Assembly: GCF_032444005.1 (NCBI RefSeq)
Contig: NC_091290.1
Location: 7,502,001 to 7,566,000 of the forward strand
DNA length: 64,000 bases
Direction: 5' to 3'
Source: Ranitomeya imitator
Taxonomy: Eukaryota
Position 1 is the stretch's first letter. Every line of letters begins with the position of its first letter. A model generated the notes under the pieces. That model searched no databases, was not told the origin of the DNA, and saw only the letters and a program-made list of their open reading frames with translations. Shown here piece after piece: positions 1 through 11,344 of this stretch. The translations under genes and the position numbers were made by a program.

Positions 1-1365
1 GGGTCTCCAGGCACAGCGGCGCGGCCGGCAGGTCACAGTCGCACCTAGTGACACGAGCGAGGTGCAGAGCAGCAGCGAGGTCTCCAGGCACAGCGGCATG
101 GCCGGCAGGGCACAGTCGCACCTAGTGACACAAGCGATGTGCAGCGCAGCAGCGGGGTCTCCAGGCACAGCGGCACGGCCGGCAGGTCACAGTCGCACCT
201 AGTGACACAAGCGATGCGCAGCAGCGAGGTCTCCAGGCACAGCGGCGCGGCCGGCAGGTCACAGTCGCACCTAGTGACACGAGCGAGGTGCAGAGCAGCA
301 GCGGGGTCTCCAGTCACAGTCGCACCTAGTGACACGAGCGATGTGCAGCGCAGCAGCGAGGTCTCCAGGCACAGCGGCACGGCCGGCAGGGCACAGTCGC
401 ACCTAGTGACACAAGCGATGTGCAGCGCAGCAGCGGGGTCTCCAGGCACAGCGGCACGGCCGGCAGGTCACAGTCGCACCTAGTGACACAAGCGATGCGC
501 AGCAGCGAGGTCTCCAGGCACAGCGGCGCGGCCGGCAGGTCACAGTCGCACCTAGTGACACAAGCGATGCGCAGCAGCGAGGTCTCCAGGCACAGCGGCG
601 CGGCCGGCAGGTCACAGTCGCACCTAGTGACACGAGCGAGGTGCAGAGCAGCAGCGGGGTCTCCAGTCACAGTCGCACCTAGTGACACGAGCGATGTGCA
701 GCGCAGCAGCGAGGTCTCCAGGCACAGCAGCACGGCCGGCAGGTCACAGTCACACCTAGTGACACAAGCGATGTGCAGCGCAGCAGCGGGGTCTCCAGGC
801 ACGGCCGGCAGGTCACAGTCGCACCTAGTGACACGAGCGATGTGCAGCGCAGCAGCGAGGTCTCCAGGCACAGCGGCACGGCCGGCAGGTCACAGTCGCA
901 CCTAGTGACACGAGCGATGTGCAGCGCAGCAGCGGGGTCTCCAGGCACAGCGGCACGGCCGGCAGGTCACAGTCGCACCTAGTGACACAAGCGATGTGCA
1001 GCGCAGCAGCGGGGTCTCCAGGCACGGCCGGCAGGTCACAGTCGCACCTAGTGACACGAGCGATGTGCAGCGCAGCAGCGAGGTCTCCAGGCACAGCGGC
1101 ACGGCCGGCAGGTCACAGTCGCACCTAGTGACACGAGCGATGTGTAGTGCAGCAGCGAGGTCTCCAGGCACAGCAGCACGGCCGGCAGGGCACAGTCGCA
1201 CCTAGTGACACAAGCGATGTGCAGCGCAGCAGCGGGGTCTCCAGGCACGGCCGGCAGGTCACAGTCGCACCTAGTGATACAAGCGAGGTGCAGAGCAGCA
1301 GCGAGGTCATCAGGCACAGTGACACGGCCGGCAGGTCACAGTCGCACTTACTGATACGAGCGATG
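1..1365. repeat. GC-rich minisatellite, ~77-bp unit with shorter variants (FNBP4 intron 1)
   Basis: Unit GGGTCTCCAGGCACAGCGGCACGGCCGGCAGGTCACAGTCGCACCTAGTGACACAAGCGATGTGCAGCGCAGCAGCG repeated about 18 times; runs off the window start. Confidence 0.95.
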
Positions 1366-1940
1366 TGAATGAGTTTTTGATATCAACCATCTATTGTAAA
1401 TAAAATCAGAAATGTGAAGCTAATCGGTCCATCCTGCAGATTTCACCCTTTAGGATCAACCTCACTGTTGGGGTCCAACACTCGGGAGTCCCACTGATCT
1501 GTGTGCACAGAGCCAGGACTGTACAGCTCCACACACAGTGTACTGGCCGCTCTCAGTACTGCAGCTCACGTCACATTCATTTCAATAGGAACGCAGCTGC
1601 AGTACAGAAAATGGCCTCTACAGAGTGTACGGCGCCACGCTGTTCTGGTTGTGTACATCCAGTTATCACCAGGACTGCTAACAGCGGATCTTGGGCGTGT
1701 CATATGTCGGACCACCGACTATTCTGAAGTTAGCGGACAACCATCTTAGCAATTATTGATCAGTAGTGAGCTTGTGCTGGGAGGCATGGCTTCATTACTG
1801 CATTCTAGTTGTGTGTAGAAATCTGCCGGCCGTCAGTCACTGTTAGGATCAGGTGGATGATGAATGTTTCCCTGCTTTGGTCCTTGTGGGATCAGGCGGA
1901 CATTGTGCTCCCAGGCTCTGATCTTGTGTCCTCTCCCCAG

Positions 1941-4900
1941 CAGAAGACGCCGTCTCTCAGAAAGGACTCGTTCCTCCTGCTGCAGTGATGGTGACAGAAG
2001 CGCAGGCCGCAGTAGTGAAGCCGACAGGTAAGATCTGGGGCTTCATCCCCCCCCGTCCCTCTCAGCACACGGTGTCTGTGAACGATCAGCTGATGTTTTC
2101 CTTCCACAGGTGGATTGTGCCTGCTCGGAGCGTACACAGACAGTGACGATGAGGATGGAGACACTACAGACAAACCCGTATCTGTGCCCAGCACTAAAGG
2201 AAACAGCTCTGCTGATATTGACAGCACCTTGGCCAATTTCATGGCGGTGAGGACGTAAACTTAAGGTTCTTGATCCCCCTCTAATCATGTGCAGGAAGGG
2301 CTGTGCATTGTTTATTAATGGGGAGAAGGGAGGAAAGTCCTGCTAGACCCCTACAAGTACCAAGACTGGGTATCTTGAGATCCGACATGCCCAGTCCTGT
2401 TCTACATCTTCTGATAATGGTGTGAAGGGGCCTCCCGTTGACCCAACACACATTGTTGGCTGACTGACTTCAGATTTATGGCATTTCCTTTGCATAGACT
2501 ATAACTGTCTGCGCTTTAGTTCAGTTTTTCAGAAACGGTGACAATAACAGTAGCAGATTTGCCGCAATGTGTCAGTGCAGGGAACTTTAAGCCTGGAGCC
2601 ACAAATAAAGGAGACCCCATTGGTACATGTGGAAAACTCTGTTGTGTCGGCCTCTGTTCAGAGCAGCTGTTGGGAGTTTTTGCAGAAGAGGGAATGAACA
2701 TTTCTGCAAGTAGCTTTATTGTTTGTCTTCAAACTGACGGAGCCTGACCGACTTCTATATTTGGGGTCTGTATTTGGTGCAGTATTTGGGGCCCCAGTAA
2801 TGTCCGACATACCATGGATCAGACGGCTTTCAGCGGCTCCTGAATTTACGCAATAATAACGTTTCCGTTTATGAGCAGCCGAGATCTCGGAAAATGAGTA
2901 ATTAACACTTCCCTTCCTGGTGCAGGCGATTAAAGCGAAGGGCGAAGCATTGATTGTTTTCTTCCTCAGGAAATTGATGCGATCACTGCTCCTGATGGAA
3001 GCTCTGTGTCCACATCTGCCGTCCCCCCACCGACTCCTCCGAAACCGGATCCAAAGGATTCCCATGGTTCCACCTCCGCTGCTCACAATGGTTCAGGTCC
3101 CAGTGCGTCCGGGGATTTGTGGCATTACGACACGCAGTGCTCTCTGGCGGGAGGTGAGTGAGCGAGCGCTCGCAGATCATAAGGGAATCAACGCTTGTTC
3201 AGTCGGCAGCGATCCCTCCCGATACCGCTGCACCCCAGTGATGTATATGAACCTTACCTGGACGGGAGTGAGGATTGGGTGAATGCCGGATCTGCCATTT
3301 TTTTGGCACACTGCCTTTAAGGGCTATTCCCTTTTTCTTACATTTTATGGGATACGTACAGGATTTGCTATTAATATATAGTACATGCAGAACCCACCAA
3401 TGGGAACTGTGTGATCTGCACGTACTGTACACTATGATTAGGGTTATCCTGTGGATGTGCCATAAATGGAGGGGATGGCAGTACCCCTTTAATCGTGCAC
3501 GCTCGTCCTGGGCCCCTAAGTGCGATGCATTAATGAGTCGTCCATACTTGTCTTTCAGTTGGAGTTGACATGGGAGATTGGCAGGAAGTGTGGGATGAAA
3601 ATACTGGATGTTATTACTACTGGAACACGGAGAGCAATGAAGTCACCTGGGAGCTGCCTCCGAGCCTGGCGTCACAGGTGCAGGGCGTGCAAGGACATGG
3701 CAGCAGGTAAGGCACGCCTAATCTTCATCCTTCCATGGCTGGACTGCGGGGTAGTAACAGATGACCGTGATTTACAGCATCGAGGCTCCTGCGATATCGG
3801 CTGCAGTCACCACAGATTCCCTACCGGACGTTAAGGACGAGGCTGCATCCGTGCCGGCGGTGTCCGGTGCTGTCAGCGCTCCAGTGCTTCTGAAGAGGGA
3901 GGCTAAGAAGGTAAGAAAATCTCTGCTCCAGCTGAAGACTCTAATTAGATGAGAAATTAGTGGGGTCTGACTGAGGAGAGTGGGGGGCTGCACATCTGTC
4001 TTCTCAGTGGTAGAGCCAAGAACATCTGCGAGAAGTCTCTGCTCAGATTCAGGACTACGCTTGGTCACATTGATCTTTGTGGGGGGGTTTTGGCACATGT
4101 TCTGCTGCTAAGTGTGAATGTGGGGGTCCGGAGGTCCTACCTCTACCTGACCTGCTTATAATATGGGCGATGACTGGGTAATAAAAGAAATACAAATATA
4201 ATTTCTTGGTTGCTTCATTGGGGGACTGTCCCCCCAACTAAGGCTGCATGAAATATTTTATGTACTAAAAATCCTCTCCCATGATTCGCAGCCTGAAGTC
4301 GGGGTCCCCTTTAGAAAATGGGGTTCTTTTGTGTTTTAGGAAGTGAACGAAGCTGTTCAGGCCCTTTCCAATAAGGAGGAGGAGAAGCTCGGGGTGGCTG
4401 CGTCGCTCCTGGCACCACTTCTGCCAGATGACGTGAAGGAGGAAGAGGAACGCTGGCGGAAGAAGGTCATCTGTAAGGAATACTTGGTGGAAGCCGCGTC
4501 CGAGGACGAGGAGGACATGGCCACCGCCTGTACTGATGGAGAACCTGCTGCCGACAACCAGGCCCAGGATGACATCTGCAGCACCGTCCAGTCTGGAGAG
4601 AGTGAAGAAGAGACTGAGGAGCAGGACACACTGGAGCTGGAGCGGGTGCTGGAGAGAAAAAGGGTTCGGGATTTGTCACTTGTCCTGAATGTTGTCCCCG
4701 CGGTGCTTAAATATCAGCTATAAATGGCTCCCGCAGAGGTTTCCTCATAAATAGAAGCTTTTAGTTAATGTGAGACCTGAGATTCGTGCTTATGTTGGAG
4801 CATTATATCCGCAGGTCTCCAGGATACGAGACCTGCAGATACTAATACGTGGTAATATAAGAGCCTTATAATGAGGAGAGACTGTGTGGAATTTGTCATG

Positions 4901-7900
4901 AAGCACGCTGCCCCTTTAAATAAGCATTTGTGTCTTGTCCTGCAGATTCAGTAGTAACTAGAGATTCAGCATGCTGTATCATGGACTATATGGGCCGCAT
5001 ACGACTTATGTGACTGTTGCTAGTGTCCGTCATATTGGATGATGTGCCTTTAAATAATTTTGGCGACTCTTTATTTCTCTTGCCAGGCTGAGCTGAGAGC
5101 CCTGGAGGAGGGGGACGTCAGCGTGTCCGGATCCAGTCCACGCTCAGACTTCAGTCAGACCGACGAAGCCCAAAAGGCCAAACCTCCCATCAGCAAGTGG
5201 AAAGTGTTTGTGCCCGTGGCCAGCCCCAGCTCAAGCCGCAGCTCCAGCAAAACCGGGCGAGACACTCCTGAGACGGGTGAGCGGCTGTAACCATCATCCA
5301 CTTCTGCCTGTACGGGCGCTGCGGGACTTTGGGGGTAACTCGGCCTTTTTATATTCCCAGAAATGGGGGCCGAAGCCGCAGAATGTCCGCCCCCTGCGAA
5401 GGAGCCCGAGGGTGAAAGTGTGAAGACCAAGCCAAAGCTTGAGGAAGAAGAGGAGGACCTGAAGGTAATGTCGTCTGGTGGAAAACCTCGCTGCCATTAT
5501 AGGGGTTGTCCAGGGATAGAAAACATGGCGGCGTTATTGGAATAACAGCACCACCTGTATCCAGCCTGTGTGGGATCGTAGCTCAGGCTGCAGCTGTGCT
5601 GCTCTTTTTAGAAGAAAGCCGCCATGTTTTTGTCCACTATGGATCGATTCCCCATCCCCCTCCTCCATTAGAGTATATGGCATGAATGAGGGAAGGGTCG
5701 GGGCACAAAGCGGCTGAAATAAATAATACGGTGTTTCCGCTAAACGAAAAATGACGTCTTCAATCTCTGCGTATTGCGTAAAAGAAGCCGCCAGGTCTGG
5801 GAACGCTGCGTCCGCGTGATCCTCGGGGCCACACAGGGGCCCTCCGCCTAGTACACGAATGTGCCGGACTGTACCGTTTGCTGCTCTTCACTCTTATACA
5901 GGGGTCCTGAGCGAGGGTCTTCCCTCCGATATCCATGCGCGGTAGCGGAGCGCTGCCTCCCTTGCTCTGCGGAGCTCGTTCTTCCTCCTTTTTATATTTT
6001 CTTCCCTCTCTTCAGTTCCAGATTGGAGAACTCGCAAACAACCTGATCAGCAAGTTGGAATTTTTGGGCATCAACAGACAGAATGTGTCCAATTTCCACG
6101 TCCTGCTCTTTCAGACTGAGGTGAGTGGTTTTTTGCAGGATTTTTTTGCAGCCCCCCCCCCCCCCCCCGTCGCCATCCCCCGGTCTTCTTCTGATAGATA
6201 TCTTTGGCGTGTTCGTTGCTTTTTCAGACCCGAATCTCAGACTGGCGGGAGGGCGCCCTCAGCGGAAGCTACTTGAAACGCAAACTTCAAGACGCATCAG
6301 AACAAATAAAACTGTATGAAATTAACGCCACTCCTAAAGGCTGGTCCTGCCACTGGGACAGGTACGAATCTTCCCCAATTTTCACCTTTCACATCTCAAA
6401 CATGACTTTGTGACATCACCACCTGACCTCGTGACCTCATCTGTCTGGAGACTGAACGCGGCGGCGGAAATGTAGTTGCTGGGGCAAAGTGAGCGCTTGG
6501 GCCTGCAGATCGGAGAAACTTATGTGATAGCGGTGTATGCGTAGTGTTCATGTGATAAGGAGGTCCCTATCGGACGGAGGTGCCGAGTGCACGGCTCTGG
6601 GAGGGCAATGGGGGGAAGCGCATGCGACAGCTCTGTGACCCTTACAGGATTTGGAAGCCTTTGTTTGCGTAACATCGGTGAAGTTTCCACAAGCTTCATG
6701 ATGCCAAGTATCTCCGAAGATCAGGATTCTGTCTCTCGTCATGCAGGTCAGACAAATTATTTTTTTACATTTGTCTTTTTTATTTTGCTTTTATTTTACT
6801 TTTTTTGTATTTTCTGCTTATTGAAGATCTTTACTCTTTATCTTTCAGCTATAAGAAAATTAAATTCAATTACATAGTTTGTCTGAGCGGCGCCGTTAGA
6901 GGAGGTCACCTACATGAGCGTGACGTTCCCCGAGCGCTGCTCGCCTCTAATCTCCCCTCCCCATTGTACTCCGGAAATGATTATCAACTAAGACTTGCCC
7001 TTTTTGTATTGCTAACATGTCCCTGCCGTCCTCGTGGTAGGATGGAGATTTTTTTTCCCCCCTTTTCTATATGTTGGGTTCCCAACCCCTGTCCGCTGGA
7101 TGCAGCCACAGGGGGAAGGGACCTAATGAAAGATTCGACTGCGCAGGAGGCGGAAACTTAAAATCTTTCTCTGTTTTTGTGATTCAGGGATCATAGACGT
7201 TATTTCTATGTTAATGAAATCTCAGGAGAGTCGCAGTGGGAGTTTCCCGATGTGGAAGAGGAGGAGTCGGCACCCAAAAATAAATCAGAAGCAGCTGCTA
7301 AAGTGGCTGAAAGGGACAAGATCCCTGGTGCCCCCGCTCTTCCTCCGGAGCCGCCAGCATCCGTGCCAGGTAACGTATTGGGGAATGTGTCGTCCCTATG
7401 GACATGGCGGCTGCCCGGAGACTCATTCGTTCTTTTTCCTATTGCTTTCCAGTTGCAGCTAATGTTCCAGTTTCTCATTACTGGGAGTTTGCGCAGCCGC
7501 CACCTCTCCCCCTGGAAGCCCCTCCGCCGCCGCCACCTCCTCCTGACTCGCCCCCTCCTCCGCCTCCTCCACCACCGCCCCCTTCTTCACCGCCCCCTAC
7601 TCCCCCAATGGAGGACGGCGAGATAGAAGAGGTTGAAATGGAAGATGAAGACTGCGAGGAGCCTCCCGTCCCAGGAACAGAAGCTATGCTTGTGAAATGT
7701 GTGAATTCTGAGGTCCCGGCAGCTAAGGTGTGGGGGGCAACGGGGCTTAAAGGGGTGGTGCAAAATTAGAACAGGTCTTGTCAGACCAGTCTATGGGCTA
7801 TGTTGGATATTGCAGGTAAGCCGCACGTTCAAGCGCCAGTATTATCTGTATTTTAGACGAAAGCAGAACCGTCTGCAAAAGGCACCAAGCGGAAAGCCGG

Positions 7901-9622
7901 CTCTGATGTGTTCGGAGAGCAGTCTGTGACTATCGGAAGCTGTCCGGTCCTCTACACGCAGCAGTCCGTCTCAGCAGGTCTGATGTTGGGAGTTTTACAC
8001 TACGACTGTTTACTAATGTGCAATTTTCAATTTTAACTTTATTTTTTCAATTTACTGTCATTCCAGCTCCTGTTATGGCTGCCATGAGCATCCCCTCCAG
8101 TTACATGGGACTTCCACTACAAGTCCCATCTCCGGTTATGATGAGCAGCATAGACTATGCAATTCCAAGCGCCAATATGGTGCCCTCCATCCAGCATGCA
8201 TTGCCACATACGACCATGTCCACGTCTACAGCTCCTGAGCAGCAGGTTGCAATACCGCACATCCAAGCCCCTGCAAGCAAACCCCCGCCCCTAGAGAAGC
8301 CAAAAAAGAGCAAAAAACTAAAGGTAACGCTCGATAATAAATAGAAGTCAGACGGGGGGGGGGGGGGGGAAGGGGGGCGCGGGTCCGTCGCTGTCATCAG
8401 GGAAAATGCATGACAAAGCGTAGCCATGGGTCTGACCTGGCTCATATGTAGGGGTCCTGCCTGGCCTGTTTCTATGTAGCACATGTTCAGAAGCCGCAGC
8501 ATGGGGAACATTATACAGCAGTCTAGCTGTGAATCCAGCCCTGGAGTTTGAGTTACCACAAAGCAGTAACATGGAGGACATTTATAAAGAAGTGTAGCTG
8601 TGAATCTTCTCATGGGGTGAGATGACACAATTATTAGAAAGCATGGCGGACATTATACAGCAGTATTGAGAAGTGGAGCTGTGAGTCCAGCACTTGCGCG
8701 AGCAACAATACAAAGCTGCAGGACATTATACAGCGGCATTGAGCAGTGCAGCAGTGAGTCTTCAACTGTAGTGAGATAAAAGCAGCAACATGGAGGAAAT
8801 TATACAGCAGCACTGGGCAGTGTAGATGTGTATCCAGATCAAAGGTAAGATCAGATACTGGAAACTGTAGCACAATCTGTGTCATGGCCTCTTTTTGTTC
8901 CTTTTAACTTTAATAGGCAGCTGTAATCTGATACCTCATCTTTATACAAATTTTAGCAGTTTAAGAGTGAGGAGTTTAGGTGTCAGTGGATGATAGAAGT
9001 GGCTCATAAGTGAAGAAAGAAGCTAGTTTTCATGATGAGATATTGCATAAAAATCTGTTGAGATGACAGTGACCATGTAACGCTCTCGCCCGAGAATCTG
9101 AGCTTTCGCTCTCCACAGGTGAAGAAGAGTAAGGTGAAGATGCCGTCTCTGGTGCAGAAGTGGCAGAACATTCAGAAGGAGCTGGATGAGGAAGAGAACT
9201 CCAGCTCCAGCGATGAAGATCGCAGCGTCCTGAACCAGAAACGTATTGACGAGTGGAAGCTACATCAGCTATCCAGGTATGTGAGCGCTGCGCCTGTGAT
9301 CGGACCACGTCTTGGCACCGCTGGGGTCCGTGCACACAATCTTACAGCAGCAGATTACGGTTATTAGATGACGCAGCTACAGGCAATCATCTGATGGCGC
9401 CACAAACCCTGCGGCCGCCCGGCCATTTCTATAGAGTGACACTCCTGTAATAAGTCTCTGGTCCTGTATTATCAGCGTGATCTCTACATCCAGCTGCAAT
9501 TTTACTATTTACTGTCTCGTTTCAGTGGTATGGCGGAGAAGAACGCCAACTTTGAAGTCCTCCCTGAAGATTGGCGGCAGAGATTAAAGAGGAGGAAAAT
9601 GGCTTCCAGCACGACAACCTGA
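1941..9622 (+). CDS. FNBP4: Formin-binding protein 4 (two WW domains, Pro-rich); exons 2-17, exon 1 lies upstream of the window
   Basis: Phase-consistent exons: 1941-2027, 2110-2246 (GGLCLLGAYTDSDD..DIDSTLANFMA), 2970-3153, 3559-3706 (WW1 GDWQEVWDENTGCYYYWN), 3778-3910, 4340-4663, 5087-5276, 5361-5464, 6016-6120, 6228-6361, 7188-7369 (WW2 split over these last two), 7453-7727 (donor uncertain), 7857-7977, 8067-8323, 9119-9276, 9526-9622 (..PEDWRQRLKRRKMASSTTT*). Matches remembered human FNBP4. Confidence 0.96.
5501..5655. mobile_element. Degenerate MITE-like hairpin (T2/Kolobok-like start AGGGGTTGTCC)
   Basis: 13-bp inverted repeat AAAACATGGCGGC 5520-5532 / GCCGCCATGTTTT 5618-5630; same 5' start as the element at 11521. 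Confidence 0.4.
6648..6746 (+). other. Candidate PTC-containing (poison) cassette exon in FNBP4 intron 11
   Basis: CCTTACAG|...|GTCAGA, 99 nt; in the incoming phase it reads RIWKPLFA* (TAA 6670-6672); long U-rich tract downstream. Confidence 0.4.
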
Positions 9623-10383
9623 CCACAACGTGGGATACTGCACAATGAAATCCACTTTTCTTTCCCTTCACTTCTAGGAATGTTGCTCGTTTCCTCAGAT
9701 CATGCGTCCGATGCAATTTTTCACGAGCTCGGCTGCATTTTATCTTTGTCCAAGGCCAGGACTTGCCTCTTTTTTTTTTTTTTTTCCCCCCCACCACCCC
9801 CCCCCCCCCCTTCCCCGTGGTGCACATTCCTTCCTAACGCTGTACCCTGAGGAGACCTGCAGCAGGAGCGTCTTCTTTTCTAACCTTACCATCCTGTGGC
9901 TCTAGAATTAGCAAAACTACAAATCCCAGCATGCCTTATGGCAGTCAGGACCTTTTGGGTTCTATAGTTCTCCTAGAGCCGCGCAGGCTGTATATCGCAC
10001 TCGGTCTGTTCATGTACAGTAGAGATCAGACTCCTCCACAGGGAAAGCAGCAGCCGGACTGTGAGGCGGAGGGATAATCATGGCGGTGCGCCCCAATCAT
10101 TGAGGTTACGCAGCCCGTCTTCTACATGCAGAAGCGGCATCCGAGGAGCGCTGCTCCAGATGTAACGCTGCCCTCCGGTCGCCCTGTGATCTTGCTGCTT
10201 TCTGTGTGAAGGCGTCTGGTCTGTGGATTCCCATGGGGAGGTATTTATATGAAAGGTGTTCAGTTTCCGTTCTGTCTCCTGCACCAGCTGTAAATACGTG
10301 TACATTAGTCTGGATGGACGACCTGGGTTTTAACGTCTTCAGATTATTTTTCCCCACTGTTCTCTGTAAATGCTGTAAATATT

Positions 10384-10389
10384 AATAAA
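10384..10389 (+). terminator. FNBP4 polyadenylation signal
   Basis: AATAAA about 760 nt after the stop, followed by U/GU-rich sequence; a second AATAAA at 10795-10800. Confidence 0.7.
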
Positions 10390-11197
10390 ACGCATTTTTA
10401 CTTGAAAAACTAAAATCTGTCTTGTGTTTTAACCTTCGAAGTGGAGCTTAAGATGGGACCTGTGATTAATCCGAACGCCGCCAGGTATGAGCAGGCTTGG
10501 CGACTACAGCTGGCCGGTGACCTGAAGGGTCCGGCGTGGCACTAGGCCGACTTCACACCCCGCCTGGGGCCGGTCACTGAGCGGTGGGGATGACCTCATG
10601 AGACAAGCGCATGATAGTGCAGTAACGCCCCTGTTCACTTGTGTGGGGTCATAACATTCTCAGCACCGCTCTACTCCAATGCCGGGGTGAGTGGCACCAT
10701 ATAAGCCCTTAAACTCCGGGGGTCCATAGCCATGTTGCACGCTTGCTCAGGGTCACTATGATTTGCAGTTTAATAGCCATGTGATTTTACATTGAATAAA
10801 ACGATGCCACGTGAGATGACAGCCTGTGGCTCACAACTGGAACAGATGAACAGAAACTAACCAAGACGCCAACTGCCTGTGCCACGTCCATTCTGAGACA
10901 GAAGTCAGCGAGGAGACGAGAAGCATTCGGTCCGGTCCCCGGGACACGCTGGAGAAACGTCTGCGATCTCACCCTGTAGTTCCTGCAATTGTTCTCCTAA
11001 CAGAAGCCATGACTGCAGCAAACCACGCGTACACATCATTGCTGCGCCATCACTTCCCTGTGTGATCACCGCTCGGTGCGCACAGCTTCTCGGGATCCTT
11101 ATTCTGGCGTCTCGGTGACATAAATCCAGTATATTTGCACATAATGAAGGAAACACGTCACGACGCACAGTCAGCCTCATTCTGTGACGTGATGGAG

Positions 11198-11203
11198 TTT
11201 ATT
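11198..11203 (-). terminator. Probable AGBL2 polyadenylation signal
   Basis: TTTATT on + strand, about 140 nt beyond the proposed terminal stop (11345-11347). Confidence 0.45.
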
Positions 11204-11344
11204 GGCGGAGCACAAACAGGATGACCTATATCCGCAGCAGGATGACGCGCCGGTTGCTGCTCCTGTGGTTAATTCTGCACAGGATCAGTCCGTTCTTGCT
11301 GACGCCAAGATCTGTTTCTACATCAGGAGTGTGTGATACAGGCG

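Noticed and set aside
6400-6560. Possible intronic snoRNA in FNBP4 intron 11
   Set aside because: No convincing C/D box pair with a terminal stem, and no H/ACA architecture could be identified by eye.
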